Assembly: GCF_964355755.1 (NCBI RefSeq)
Contig: NC_092680.1
Span: forward strand, 19,291,045 to 19,355,044
DNA length: 64,000 bases
Direction of reading: 5' to 3'
Source: Antedon mediterranea
Lineage: Eukaryota; Animalia; Echinodermata
Shown here: piece after piece, positions 14,301 through 28,500 of the stretch
Layout of the letters: each line of letters starts with the position of its first letter
How positions within the stretch are numbered: the first letter of the stretch is position 1
Translations under genes and position numbers: made by a program
Notes under the pieces: generated by a model
The model's input: only the letters and a program-made list of their open reading frames with translations
Database searches by the model: none
Told to the model about the DNA's origin: nothing

Positions 14301-17300
14301 CAGTGCTGAGATGAGTGGAATGAAAAAAAGTAATTTAATTTTCTGATATTATTTTGAATCTACTACAAATAGCTGCTATATAGAAGTATACAAATAATGA
14401 ATGTTTATGAGTGTAATGGTACAAATAATGGCATGAGGTTAATCATGAAAGTTTATATTTCAACGAGGCAAAAAAAAGTAGTGCGTACTATGGCACGCCA
14501 TGTGACACACAATCGTCCAATCAAATGACAAGAATTTATTTAGGTGTTAAATAATAATTTCTAGTTTTATTTGCAAACCTATTAGGTATATTTGAACTTT
14601 AATTTGCTAAGGGCATTGAGCAGGTAGTGGTGTTTATCACAAGAACAAATCTCGTGTTGAACCAGCAAAATTTCTTTTCTTCTCCACTTTTCATGTCTGA
14701 AATGTTGTGTATATTGGTCTCATCTTATTTCTAAATGATTGAGGGTTGGTGAACTGCACCCCATTGGTCATTTCAATCCATTGTTTGAAAGCCTTTGTGA
14801 CATAAAGTTATATTTCATTGCATTAGAGTATGATAATGTTTTCTTTTTCCTACAGTTGCAAATGTAATTAAAAAAACTGTGAATAATGGTAGACACAAAC
14901 GAGCAACACAAGGAGATTATATATCAGGTGCAAAAAGTATGTACTATCTTTTAGATTTATTACGAGACCATGACATCAGTATTGTACTGCAGATACTGAA
15001 TGTTTATTATATATTTTTTTAAATAATCTTTGCTGTAAATAAAGACAATGGTAAAATATTTTATAGAAAAAAACATTTTAAGTTGATAGTGTAAATTATA
15101 GTACAAGAAAACACTATAATTCCCTGAGAAAACGGATTACGAATAGGAAAGTTATATTTGCACTTAAACAGTGAATTACAATGAAACAAACATGATGCTA
15201 ATGATATTTTGGGTGAGTGCTTTATAATTACAAGTAATTAAAAAAAAAAGATTCAATGTTGTTATTTAATGTTCTGATTATTTTATCCTAGCGAAATATT
15301 GTGATGATCTCTATCGCTACATCAACAATAACGGAAATAACGGTGTCATAGCTTGGACGTACTTAAAGCCTATATTATTAGGAAAAATACCATACTCACC
15401 TAACAGCCCAGCGGCTCAGAAAATAGTTAAAGAAGTAAGTATACTTAGCTTAAAGATATTGATGTTATAAGAGCATTTACTAGCATTTAATGTTAAAAAT
15501 ACAATACAAAAAATTGTATTTGTCTTTCTACAAAGAAATGTTTAAATGATCAAAAAGATACATATACATGAAAACAATTGTGATAAAGCTTTGTCTAGAC
15601 TATCAAACTTTATGTGACAAAAAGATATGTGTGTGACGTAACGATATGTGTGTGACGTAACTGTGCAAGGCTAAAGACATGTCAATTTAGTGGAATCCCG
15701 ATTTATAAAAGGAGGTGAAGCTATTAAATCTGGACTTGGTTTTTATAGGCAAGTTATTTGTTTGATGAGATTAAGGGGATTCGTGATTTCAGTGCAGCCT
15801 GGCTTGTTGGTTCTAAAGAACTAAGTACCTTCAACTCAGACGATTATGAAGACCTATTGGTATGTATATTCAAGGCATAATTGTGATATATGCTAATAAA
15901 ATACACAATAAATAGTATTAGATACCAATTCAAGTTTTATTATTATTGTTCACATAAGCATCGCTCTGTTCGTTGACTGTATATTGTAACTACACTTAAA
16001 ACCAAAATCATTTATTATATACCAACTAACCTAAGCAAATTAACTAAGCTTATAGCTCAGTACGTCAATATACAAATGCATTCATACTGTAGTTTGAAGT
16101 ACACAAGTATCTTTCATAAACACTTAAATAATATATGAGAATTTATTCAATTCAACAATAATAGAACTAACTTATATAAGGCAGTGTATCAACTACTTTG
16201 TGCTAGATTTAGCTGTAAAAACTAAAATCAAAATAAAAAATGATGAAAAATCACAGTCCAGCTTTGTCGATGGCATCCATGTTCCAATAATCATGCGTTT
16301 TTTAAAGTTGCATAAAAATCAAATTTAAGCTAATTTGGCTATCTGTTGAGTATCACAACAATATGTTAATATCTTATAATTTTTAAGGAATTGTTAGACA
16401 ATACATTTGTCCAGGATCTGCTGGTTCAACAAGCAAACATCGATGCTGAAAGTTTAACTTCCATCCTTGAAAATGGTGTTGGACTCACAACCGAGGAGAT
16501 CGAAGAAATCAATCTCTTAGCAGAGTTTATCGTGAATATTACAGACTGCATAGAATTGGATCGTTTTGTTGGATATGACACGGAAGATGACATGGTTGCA
16601 GCTGCGGAAAGTCTCTATGACAGCAATGACCTCTTTGCTGGTTTGTAATCAAATTATGATTCTTCTTATATTTTTCCAATTTACTCCAGTTTCTGCTGTA
16701 TAGGCCTTTAATTGAGCAATATGGCATAATAGGGATATCGGACTTGCATATGAGAGAAACTGGTTTTGAGACACTGTCTGTAGTATCCTTGGAAAAATAC
16801 TTTATTGTAATTGCCTCATCTTTCAGATGGGACATAACGCTGTTAGTCCTGTGTACATTGCCCCTGTTCTCGGTACACTATTTAAAAAGAGTAAAGGATT
16901 GGTTTACTGATCATTGTCCTGTCCACTCTCCTGGGTATACAGGCTTATAAAGATGAAATAAAAAAAATTACTGTATATTGTTTTTAAACAATTATGAATT
17001 TTGATTTCTAGCTGTAAGATTCCTGGGTATTGATGATGCAACTGAAGTTCCACACCATGTTGCCTATAAGATTCGAGTTGAAATTGATAATACACCAAGT
17101 ACTGAAATCGTCAAAGATTAGTGAGTGCAAAGTTAAAATTACAATATTACACCTTTCACAAGGCATAGCAAAACACTGAAGGTTGCACAGCCCGAGTCAT
17201 ACACCATACAAAATACAGCTGCTGACTGATTGCAATCTCTATTTGCTTCCTGTGCTAGGCAATATGAAAGCGATATAGCTAGAAAAACACTAGTGAATGG

Positions 17301-17750
17301 AGTAATTTAATTTATCGTGGCACATTCCACTTTTCACATTCTGTTATGGTGTTGTCTACCGTCCCAAAAATGAAAGGTTGCAAATATGGATAGGCATACA
17401 GGGAAACACACAGTACTATCTGAAAACACATATAACATTATCTACTGAAAAAGAGTCATGGAAACAAAGCATAGGCCTTGTCTGCCCAAGACGAATAGTG
17501 TAACAGATAACCTTAACAAGTAACCTTATACCCTATGTCAGTGTAAACACTAATATTTTGTGTTTTTATACAGTTTGTGGCGACCAGGTCCAAACAATAA
17601 CTTCCATACTGATCAACAGTATCAACGCGTTTTTATAATAGTTCAGGACATGTTAGACCGAGGTATTATAAACCTACATGCAGGGGATACGGCGGTACAA
17701 CCAACGACTTATGTTCAGCAGATGCCATACCCATGCTACCAAGAAGATGA
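1..17750 (+). CDS. ABCA extracellular domain 1 (27 exons, about 1445 aa in the window)
   Basis: Acidic, helical-looking sequence with many N-x-S/T sequons and no TM helix. The conserved ECD1 core begins at exon 15292-15434 (KYCDDLY...[17 protein letters not shown]) and ends at [11 protein letters not shown]. Summed exon length is 4334 nt. Confidence 0.85.
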
Positions 17751-19473
17751 GTTAGTATTTATTTTATCTTATCGACTTATAATGGTTTCTAATTCGAATG
17801 ATGTTAGTACATTCATTTTGGTATTCAAATAAAAAGTATTAAAAAACTGACTTAATCTTTTTATAATAAAGAAACAGCTTTCGATTTGCAAGAACCTAAG
17901 AAATCAGCATATTGTGTCATATTATCATTTTGATTATTTTCAGTCATTTCATTATTATTATTTTTCATTATGAAAAAAATGTAGTACCATTTGAATTTAC
18001 AGAATACACCATCACAAAGATGATTATGATAGATATAAAATAGTTTTGTCTTTATTATAGCAATTGGAGATGATCGAAAATAACCAAAATTGAGTTTTAT
18101 TAATATTTTTTCGAACCTTTTATAACTCTTACTCTATTTTTCAGGTTTGCTTACTACATAACTTACGCAATACCAATTTTCTTGACAATCGCATTTATTG
18201 TCATTATTGCTGTGATGTCATACAGTCAAGTTTATGAAAAGGAGAATGGGTTAGAAGAGGTAAAATAGAAGTCTTAACAACATTATCAAGCAATATTCTT
18301 TTCTTGTTTTTGTGTGTGTGTGTGTGTGTGAGAGGGGGAGGGGGGCGGCGGTGTAGGTGGTGCTGTTTATGGAAAATGAAACTAGATAACATTGCTACTT
18401 TAATATATCTGAAGTAAGAAAAGTATGAGTTTTTGAAGATGCCCTAAAATAAGAAGTTTAAGCTGCCTGACGTATGGAAATAGCCAAGCAATTCCAAGGG
18501 AAAACAGGGTAAAATAACCATAAAGCTTTGTTGACAGATGGATACAATGAGCGAGCCTCTAAACAATTTTTCGTCAGAGAATGAAGTAAGATAGTGATCT
18601 GGATGTCATATCTCATCGTCATTCTTGGGAGGAATTCAGAAGTATTCTGAAATATTCCTACTAGAGACCCAAGTGCGCAGTGGCGTAACGGCTATGAGCT
18701 CCAGGGGCCCCAGAGCATAAGCAATTCAATGCAACTACCCAGTGTTGGAGGGCCCTTAGGAGTGCTAAACCAGAGGCCTTAGCCCTGTGTGTTACACCAC
18801 TGCATGTGCGTTGACAGAGCACAAGCAAGTTGATCAATTAAAAGCGACAGTTTGAATAATCCATCGCTTATAACTGTTTAAATCACTTATGTTGTTCTTT
18901 CGTTGGGACTCCAGTGAGATCCAAGCATTTGTTATATGTGATTTCTTAACCATGTTTTATTTCTGTCAATAGGCTATGATGATAATGGGTTTGAAGAGCA
19001 AGATAAACACCATTTCTTGGTTTATTGTCAACTTCTTCTTGCTTACTCTACTGGCAATATCAATTGCAGTCATTTTGAGATATGGAGAGATACTGTCAAG
19101 GAGTGATGTACTGGTTATCTTTGTTTTTCTTGAATGCTTTCTGTTTTCTGTCATAATGTTAAGGTAATTTATGTTTTATGAATATTAGTATTAACTATTA
19201 TGTTCCTTTTTATGTTTTTGATTTCAGCTTCACTTTGAAGACTTGCTTTTTTTCATAGATTTCTAAATATATCTTTAAATTAAGAACATATAATTACTAT
19301 ATTCATTATTAAACAGTATAATAAATCTAAAAAATGTTAAACAGGAATAAACCTTTATAAATAAAAATGAAGGCGTGAAGATATGTCATAAGTTGTAAGC
19401 ATTATGTCACTGGTCTAAAATGTAATTTACAGTTCCCTGTGTCACCAATCTCATTTAATTATCATTCATAAAT

Positions 19474-19516
<43 letters not shown>

Positions 19517-22500
19517 GCCACTTTTACTTAATTTGTATACATTTTTATTTTGTTTTATGTTTTGTTGGGTCTTTCTGAGACAGGCCTTGGCCTCTAAGTC
19601 TGATCCAAATTAATGAAATCTTTATTTGTTTATATTGTTTACATTGTTGAATTGAATAATTTAGATATTTCAATAAATAGTATTTCAGTATTTAACTTAA
19701 AGAGTATAAAGTCATATAAAAGTTTCGGCGCTAGTTCCGTTTCGCACCTGTCGTTTATTTCGACTCAAAATTGGTTAAGTAACTTTATCGTGAGTACCAC
19801 ACCTTAGAATTAGGCCTCAAAATATTTTTACAATGGAGATCACACAAAAAGTAAAAAATAAATCCTTTAAATTGATGAATTTACAGACGTGTTTCTCGCA
19901 CATCGGTTCGTGAATTTTGCATACTCCATGTTCAATGTTGTTGTTCCTATGGAGCGCCAAAAGAGCAATCATAATAGAGGGCTAAAAACTCAATAAATTG
20001 CGTATATTTAATGCATTTATTGGTGAAAATTACGTTCAATTTTATCATATTTTGTCAATGTCAATGCAACAAAAATATTACTGTTGATACTGTACATGGT
20101 TTTTGCAGGAACTTTTAGGAATGAAAATCGACAAATTCATCATCATATTACATGTACTGTAGGGGTATACCTGATCTAAATAATATTCCTCTTAGTCTTA
20201 GTCTTACTCTTAGGTCTAGGGTTGGTTGCCATTTGAAAACAGCAAATTATTAGCAGTAAAAAGTTACAGCATTTTTATTGACAAAATATATTAAAATTAA
20301 ACGTGTATTTCAATAATAAATGCATTAAAAGAAGACGCATTCCACTGAGTTTTTAACCATCTATTGACATTGTTGTTGCTCTTTTGGCGCTCCATAGAAA
20401 CGAAAATATTGAACTTCGAGTATGCTAAATTCGCGAATGGTATGCGAGAAAGATGTCTGTAAAATCATCAATTTAAGGATTTATTAGTTACTTTTTATGT
20501 GATTCTTCTTCATAAAAGTACTTATGAGGCCCAATTTTAAGGTGTGGTATTCACAATAAGTTGCTTAACAATTTGGAGTCAAAAGGAAGTCGAAATAAAA
20601 ACAGGTGCAAAACGGAACTAGCGCCAAAGTTTCTACTAAGTGGTATTCATATAGGTATGAGAATGTTATAAGTTTAAGTGAATAGTGTATGGCAACCTGT
20701 CTGTAGGATTTTTTTTTTCTTACCTTACCTCATAAATGCGCTAAAATCCACTCTTCTGATATCAACAGTGACTGACTCAATCACATTTTATTAACTCATT
20801 TTATTGTTTTCTTTTCTTAGCTACATGGTCGGCTCAATGTGTCAGCGTCCAAACATCGCATCTCTCGTTGGCGCTTTAGTTTACAGTATATCATTCCTGC
20901 CAGTATTCATATTGTACCTATTAGAATCAGAATTGGAATTATGGATGGAAATTGCACTAGTAAGCATATCATACTATATTCATGCAAGTTGCTGTAAGCT
21001 CTGTCTGCACTATCAAACTAGTTTGACAAAAAAAAGTGTGATGTGCCCAACCATAATGTCTCTTTTTTTCTGATACATAACCATGCTGTGTTAATTATAC
21101 AATATTCAATGATTGATATTTATGCTTGATACTATAATGATATTTAATGTTGATATTACAGTGTTTGTTATCACCTTCTGCATTTTGCTATGGATGTGAA
21201 ATGTTATCAAGATTCGAAGAGCAGGTCGTGGGAGCATCATGGAGTAATTTTGACACCAATCCACTTGAAGGAGCCCAATTAACCTTTGGTGTTATCTGTG
21301 CCATTATGGTTGCAGATGGTCTTATTTATTTCATCATTGGTTGGTACATAAAGAACGTATTTCCTGGTAGGTATTTTTATTTTGATTATAATTTATTCTT
21401 TTCTAATTGTATACAGTAGAACCATTTTCGGGGACACTTTTGGGGCCTAATAAAGTCCCCTTAATAGAGGTGTTCCCTGAATAGAGGTTGTCTGTATTGT
21501 TGCCCGTAGTTTGTTTCACAGGAGAGTGTCCCATAATAGGAGGGTCCTCTGAATTGGAGTGGAGTTGTGGCTTGGTGGTTATGATGCTTGGCACTCCAAG
21601 GGTCCTGGGTTGAAGTCCCTTTACATGTCAGTCAGGACAAAAGTACAACTCCACTCCCAAAGACTTGTAATAAGACTTTGTTTATGTAGAGCATCTTGTG
21701 TATATGTTTGTCTTGTGAACCTCTGAGGGTCCCTAATGGTTTTTTTTTACTGCAAATACGTATGATTTTTTTTGGTCACTTTGATAAACAGAATGATTTC
21801 CCACAAGGCTTGCTAAAAATTATTGCAAAAAATATTCTTTGCAGGAACTTACGGTATCGGTAAGCCATGGTACTTCCCACTCACGTTGTCGTATTGGTGC
21901 GGATGCTCCTGCGAAGATGATTCAACAACCAGAACAAAGAAATATAAAAAAAAGAAGCCTATAGAATCAGGTAAAACTAAATGGATATATCTGAAATCTA
22001 AAGAAGTAGACTTTCTGTTTTCTTTTAGAAAACAAAGGAGATAGTAAATATCAGTTTTGTTGATTTGTTTGATAGGGTTAGTTTGATTTGATAAATATAC
22101 AGAAACTCTTGGAGCATTTATTTTAAACAGGACATACAACATCAATAGACAAAATTCACAATCACAACAAGTATATAATGCTTTATTTATAATTGTTCCC
22201 ACTGACTTGTTAAATTAAACTGTTTAAAGACTAAGTCTTTATTGTTAACTTACATACATTACAAGCATATGGTTGATATTTTGATCTTCCAAAATTCTTT
22301 AGAATAAATCTATTTCGTGTATTATTGTGTTAATATAGAAGCAGATATGGAACCGGAACCAACACATTTACCACTCGGAGTATCTTGTGTTAATCTTACT
22401 AAGAAGTACATGCGTAAAAAAACATTAGCAGTCGATAATTTCAGTTTTAACTTCTACGAGGGACAAGTTTCCGTACTTTTGGGACATAATGGTGCAGGAA

Positions 22501-25500
22501 AAACAACTTTAATGTAAGTTTAAAGTAATTAAGACATGTGTGAATGTTTTAATGGTAATCCCACTTTGCTTCTCTCTTTTTCTCTCTATTATGTATGTGT
22601 TACTTAATCTAATTTAAGTGAGATCTAGATTTAAATGGTATTTCTCTTAGCCTTTCTGCCTGTTGTATTCGTCTTGTTATTGTTTTTTCTGTGTTTTTGA
22701 AATATATATTTATATTGTATCTTTTAAGAAATCCTGTTATTGGGCTTTGGCTGTTGTTGCTTTTTAGTTCTAGACGGTAATGCACAGCTAGCAGCCATGT
22801 AATTGTCATTCTATTAATTGTTGCTGTTTATATATATTTTCTTAAACATCAGGTCAATGTTGACAGGATTTTATTCATCCACTTCTGGAGATGCTTATGT
22901 TGGCGAATACAATATAAAAAAGGATGCCAAGATTATTCGAGGAGATCTCGGATTCTGTCCACAGCACGATGCTCTTTATGATAAGTATGTAATCTGAAAA
23001 CTATGAAAAAATATACATCTAATACGGCCATACTGCGTTGAAACACCGGTTCTCGTCAGATCACCGAAGTTAAGCAACGTTGGGCCCGGTTGCGTTCTGG
23101 ATGGGAGACCGTCTAGAAATCGTGGCGGGTGCTGTATATACTGGAGAGTGATAGTGTAATGGTAATATCGGACTAGCATGTGATCGGCATGGGTTCGAGG
23201 TTATCTGTACCATACTAATTGCATCCTTAGGCAAGATGCTTTACTCTCATTGCCTAATCTGGTAGGCGCTGCACTGCTGGCTGCCGTGGGTCCGTGGAGG
23301 GCCTAATCCTAATTTCCTCACTGAGGACAAATATTAATACAAAATACAAAATACAAAATACAAAAATTTAAGAATATTTACAAATAATAGATTAGACACT
23401 TGGTATACATTACATGTTTTACAGTAGAAACTGTCCTTTAGAACACAGTATGCAGAGGACACCCACCCCTATTAAGGGGACATTTGAAACGGTACTGCCA
23501 ACCCCTATTCAGAATAAAATTATATACTTGCATTCCATATATATATCTTACTTTAATGACAATAACTAAAGCTCTGTCTACACTATCAAACTTTATGTGA
23601 CAACAAAATGTGCCCATATATAGACATGATGATGTCATATCACTACTATATTTGGGCACATCACACTTTTTTGACAGTGTAGACAGAGCTTAAGAATGGC
23701 ACTTCATTTAATATGGAATGTTCTATTTCACAGTTTAACGGTAAAGGAGCATCTTCGTATGTATGGAATACTTAAGGGTGTGTCAGAATCTAGAATCGAA
23801 GAAGAAACCAAACTGTAAGCAATTATAATTTATACATAATCTTTCCATTGAATAAATCTGTCATAATTCCAATAAAGATAAATATAATTATATATACCTT
23901 TTATTTAAGTGCTTTCAGTATTTCATCTCGTTTATGCATTATTGTATTTATTTCAATTGACAATAAAGTTTCAAACTTTGTTTCTTAATATTACAGTACA
24001 AACTACTGTAGGCCAGCTACTAATACTCTGTAAATAAAATAATTGTAATTTCAAATTAAATTTATTATTAACAAAATAATCAAAAATCCAGCTACTGTAT
24101 TTGTGAACAATTTCAGCAGTTCATCGCGTTCCTTAAAATTAAGCAATAAGAGGGTCAGCATTTATTATTATATATATATATACTTGCACTGATGAAGGGC
24201 TAGTGTTGCCCGAAAGCTCTGCTAACTTTTCTGGCTGTTTACTTTTTCGTTTTGATTTAGCTTTTCGCTCTTTTTGTTGTATCTCCATTGAGATCCAGCC
24301 ACTGATACCCACAGCATTGTAATTTTTTTCAGTAATTTGCCTTTGGATTTTTATTTATTACTTATATATAAGTTTTATTTGTTTTACAATTTACAATTAG
24401 TATGTTAGAAACACTGGAGATGACAGATATGCTGAATCAACTTGCAAAGAATTTGTCGGGTGGTATGAAACGCAAACTGTGCGTTGCTATTGCATTTTTC
24501 GCTGGCTCAAAGGTTGTCATTCTAGATGAACCTACAAGTGGAGTTGATCCCAATGCGAGGAGAGCTATATGGGATCTTATTTCCCAGTACAAAGAAGGTA
24601 TTTTGTGTTGTTATTTGTATTTCATCATTGCTACCATCCAGCATGTTAGTCTAAAATTGTTAATTAATTACATTCGGGATCCAGCAAAGTTTTCCCCCTA
24701 AATAGGGGTTCAACATAGTGTTAAAACATAGATTTTCTCTTGTTCATTTCTGACCTGGATCCTTTTTGGTTCTCCCTATAAATAACAACTCCTCACATAC
24801 CCTAATGTACACTTCAACTAAAGAACAATGAAACACCACATGATAAACCACCACCGGTGCTTCTAAAATCTAACCTAGTAACAATCCATTAAACAGAGAA
24901 TTATTTTTACAGTGATGCTCCTGAATAGGACAAAAGAGGTATTTACTGTATGTGCAACAATTGAAAAAAAAACTTTTGTAATTGAAATTCAAATTGGCTG
25001 TTAGTAGATGGATATAAGTTTGTATTGATATTAATAATTAGAATGTTTACAAATATTATTTGATCAATATTTTCCTAGGACGTACAATTATACTGTGCAC
25101 CCATTTTATGGATGAAGCTGATGTTTTGGGAGATCGAATTGCCTTCATGGATCATGGCCGTCTGAAGTGCTGTGGATCACCGATGTTCTTAAAATACAAA
25201 TACGGAAGTGGCTACAAACTCACCCTTGTGAAAGAAACGCCAAGCTACGCGTCAACACCAAGCACAACCCGTGCAAGTAGTGCAGTAACGCCTACAAATC
25301 TTTCGACTTTTAACAACGAGCCGACTAGTGCAGAAGATTCTCAACCTAAAGTTGAAAATGAGTATATTATTGAGCCTGCATTAGAAGACCAACAGTCAAC
25401 TTCGGCTAGTAACCGTTCATCTGCTGCTCTACAAAGCTCTGGCTCTAACAGAGGTATTAGTATATTTTCTCCATTTCAGTAAAACAATTGTATTTTTGTT

Positions 25501-28500
25501 GTTTTTTTATATATATATTTAGGAAAATTGGATTGGATAACCATAAGCGAATTCATTCACTATCCTTCTTAAATGTTGCAATCCTGTTTACAAGACAAAC
25601 ATACACAAGATGCTATACATAAATAAACATAACAAAGTCTTATTACAAGTCTTAGGAAGTGGAGTTGTAATATGTCATTAGAAAAAGCCAAGCGTCATAA
25701 CCACCATGCCACAATTCCACTTTTTCTATTCTTACTGTCTTCTGATTTTAGGCAAATTGGCAAGGATAGCCATAGTGTGTTCACAAATCAAACCAAGATA
25801 CCTTTACATAAGCATAGCTGTATAATAAAAGTATTTCAAAGTGAAAAATCCTTGCATCTGACAGGAATTGAACCAAAGACTAAGGATCTTAATCTCATTC
25901 TTCCAATTCTACTGTAATTAATAAAAATAAATTCTTACAATACAAATGTTGTTATCATTAGATGTATGTGATACAGATGCAGTCACGCAGTTTATTGGAT
26001 CTTACATTGAGGGCGCAAAGCTAAGTGAGGACATTTCATCGGAACTTTCTTATAATTTGCCAATTGAAAATGGTCAAGCCGAAAAGTTTGAGACATTTTT
26101 CAACGTGCTTGATGCAGAGTTGGAGAACCTACATGTAACTAGTTATGGTATTTCAAATGCAACACTTGATGAGGTTAGAACATATTTTCTATTTCTTAAT
26201 TTTACCATTTCAATCTTTACTAACTAAAAAAAAAAAGTGTGTGATGTGCCCATATATGGTAGTGATATGCTTAAATATGGTAATGATATGACATCATTAT
26301 GTCCATATACGGAAACATCACATTTTTTTGTCACATAAAATGTGTTGGTGTAGAGAGAACTTTAGCTTAAACTTTGATAACGTTGAATTTAAATAACAAT
26401 ACACAGTTAATAATATACTGTAAAAATACATATAAATTCTGAAAATCAGTATTGTGACTATATGTTTTCTTACAGGTCTTTTTTAAGATATGTGGAACCA
26501 GAGATGAAGAAAAGATAAAATCTCCAAAACTGAAAAAGAAAAAACCTGCTCATGAGGAAGAGAAACCAAAGGACAACTGGGCATTTAATCATGAGTACAG
26601 TGACAATAGTGACATATCATTTAGAGGTAAGAAATCCATTTATTTTATTTAAACTAAAGCTTGAAAAGTAAGGCTTTTTTAACCTGCCTTCACACTGAGA
26701 ACAGTTCAGTCTGTTGGTAGAAGAATAACTTCGGGATACTTTGTTTCCCAAATCTTACACAGTGTCATACGGATTCAAGAATGAGATAGTGAGAACAATT
26801 CTATAAAAACTACACCCATTTTCATGATTTTTTATTGAGCCACCGGACTGAAATTAAGCTCAGTGTGAACGTATCTTTTAAGTTTATGATAAAATCTTAA
26901 TTTTCGAAATGTTTAACAAACTTTCAAATGCTACTTTTGGATGATTAACCTTTGCTACGTATGCTCCAATGACAAAGAAGTGTATGAATAAAATCGCTTA
27001 AATCAATAATACTGTACATAGCTTTTATAACTATTGAAATGTTTTGTTTGTTTCTTATGGGTCCTACAAAAAAACGAAGCTACAGCTTTTTTTATGCAGG
27101 ATCCTTGTTTTCAGTTGTACTGTAATTATGATGTACTGTAATTGATGATTAAATAAATGTGGAATTAATAATTGTAAATATCATAACTAAATGATTTGAT
27201 ATAGTATTATGTAATCCTTATTGTCATGTTGGATAAATTATTGATTTTTAATTTTGAAATGTAAGATGTTACTTTTTGTTTATTATTATAAAATACCTGA
27301 TTATTATATCATGTTTACAACAACAGTCATAAAACATATTGAACTACAATATACCATATTTGTGTTGGCACATATTCACACCCGCACATATCCATATGTT
27401 TTAATACACTAACATATTATTATTATTATACTTTTTATAACTGCATACAATACACACATTGGTGTTTGTTGACTAACTGGTTAGTTCCAATGTTTTTGTC
27501 TGTTTTGTATTTTAATATGCATGAACATGTCTGCATGTATTGTACATTTATTGTAAACTGTACTATATGTGTAATCTAGTGAGAATGCTCTGCTTTTATT
27601 TGGAAACACTTTTACTTTAGTAGCGACTGCATGTTTCAAGGAATGATGCATTGTGGGATTAATGTAGCAAAATCATCAAGTGTAGGGGTTTCCATCAAAA
27701 TAGTTTTTCTCTCAAACATTCATGCCTCTTACGTTTCTAAAACCCTTTTCACGTCTGCAAAAGCAACAACTTGTATTAACAAGTTGTAACCAGGTTTGCA
27801 TAGTATGTAGACAATTTTGTGGGACCAATGTGAAATCTCAGTAATAAAACACACCAGTGTGAGGCCTTTTTTTTGTTTTGAGATGCTACCTACCATGTAT
27901 ACCTGCCCTGGTAATTAACTGACCAATTACAGATCATGCATAATAATGAAATAGCTCGCCAACTATAAATTATCCCGAGACTTTGCAAGGTTCAGAAATG
28001 CTTTTATGAAAACATTTAATAAATCTGGAGATCAAAGGTTAAATTTGGTATAAGCTCACAGTGCATCAGGACAATGATTGAATACATAATGCTACATAAA
28101 TATGTTTCCACAAGACCAGTAAAGTTAGCTTTGCGGTAGCACTATGTGTTTCCAAATTTGAAATAAGATCAAGTTGAGTGTCTAGATTGGTTGTTAATGT
28201 ACTTCTGGGGTAATGTATGTAACCTAACAAACAATTTAAGATATCTCAACATTAATATATTTTCTTCTGACTTTGCTATTGCAAACCTTTTAAGCAATAT
28301 TTTCATTATGGAAAGTATACATATGGCCCGTACAAAATCTTATTCCCAATTAAACATTTTCTAACAGTTAACGCTACTTAATTATGCATTGAATAGAAAA
28401 TATACAGCCCTTAACAATTTAACAGGGTTCCCACTAGCTATGCGTCTATGCTAATGCAAGAGATTCGATGTACAAATGTTGTCACTTGTGATAATTCAAA

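Noticed and set aside
23020-23138. Functional 5S rRNA gene
   Set aside because: Single intronic copy with a diverged 3' part, no T-run terminator, and continuity with a SINE body
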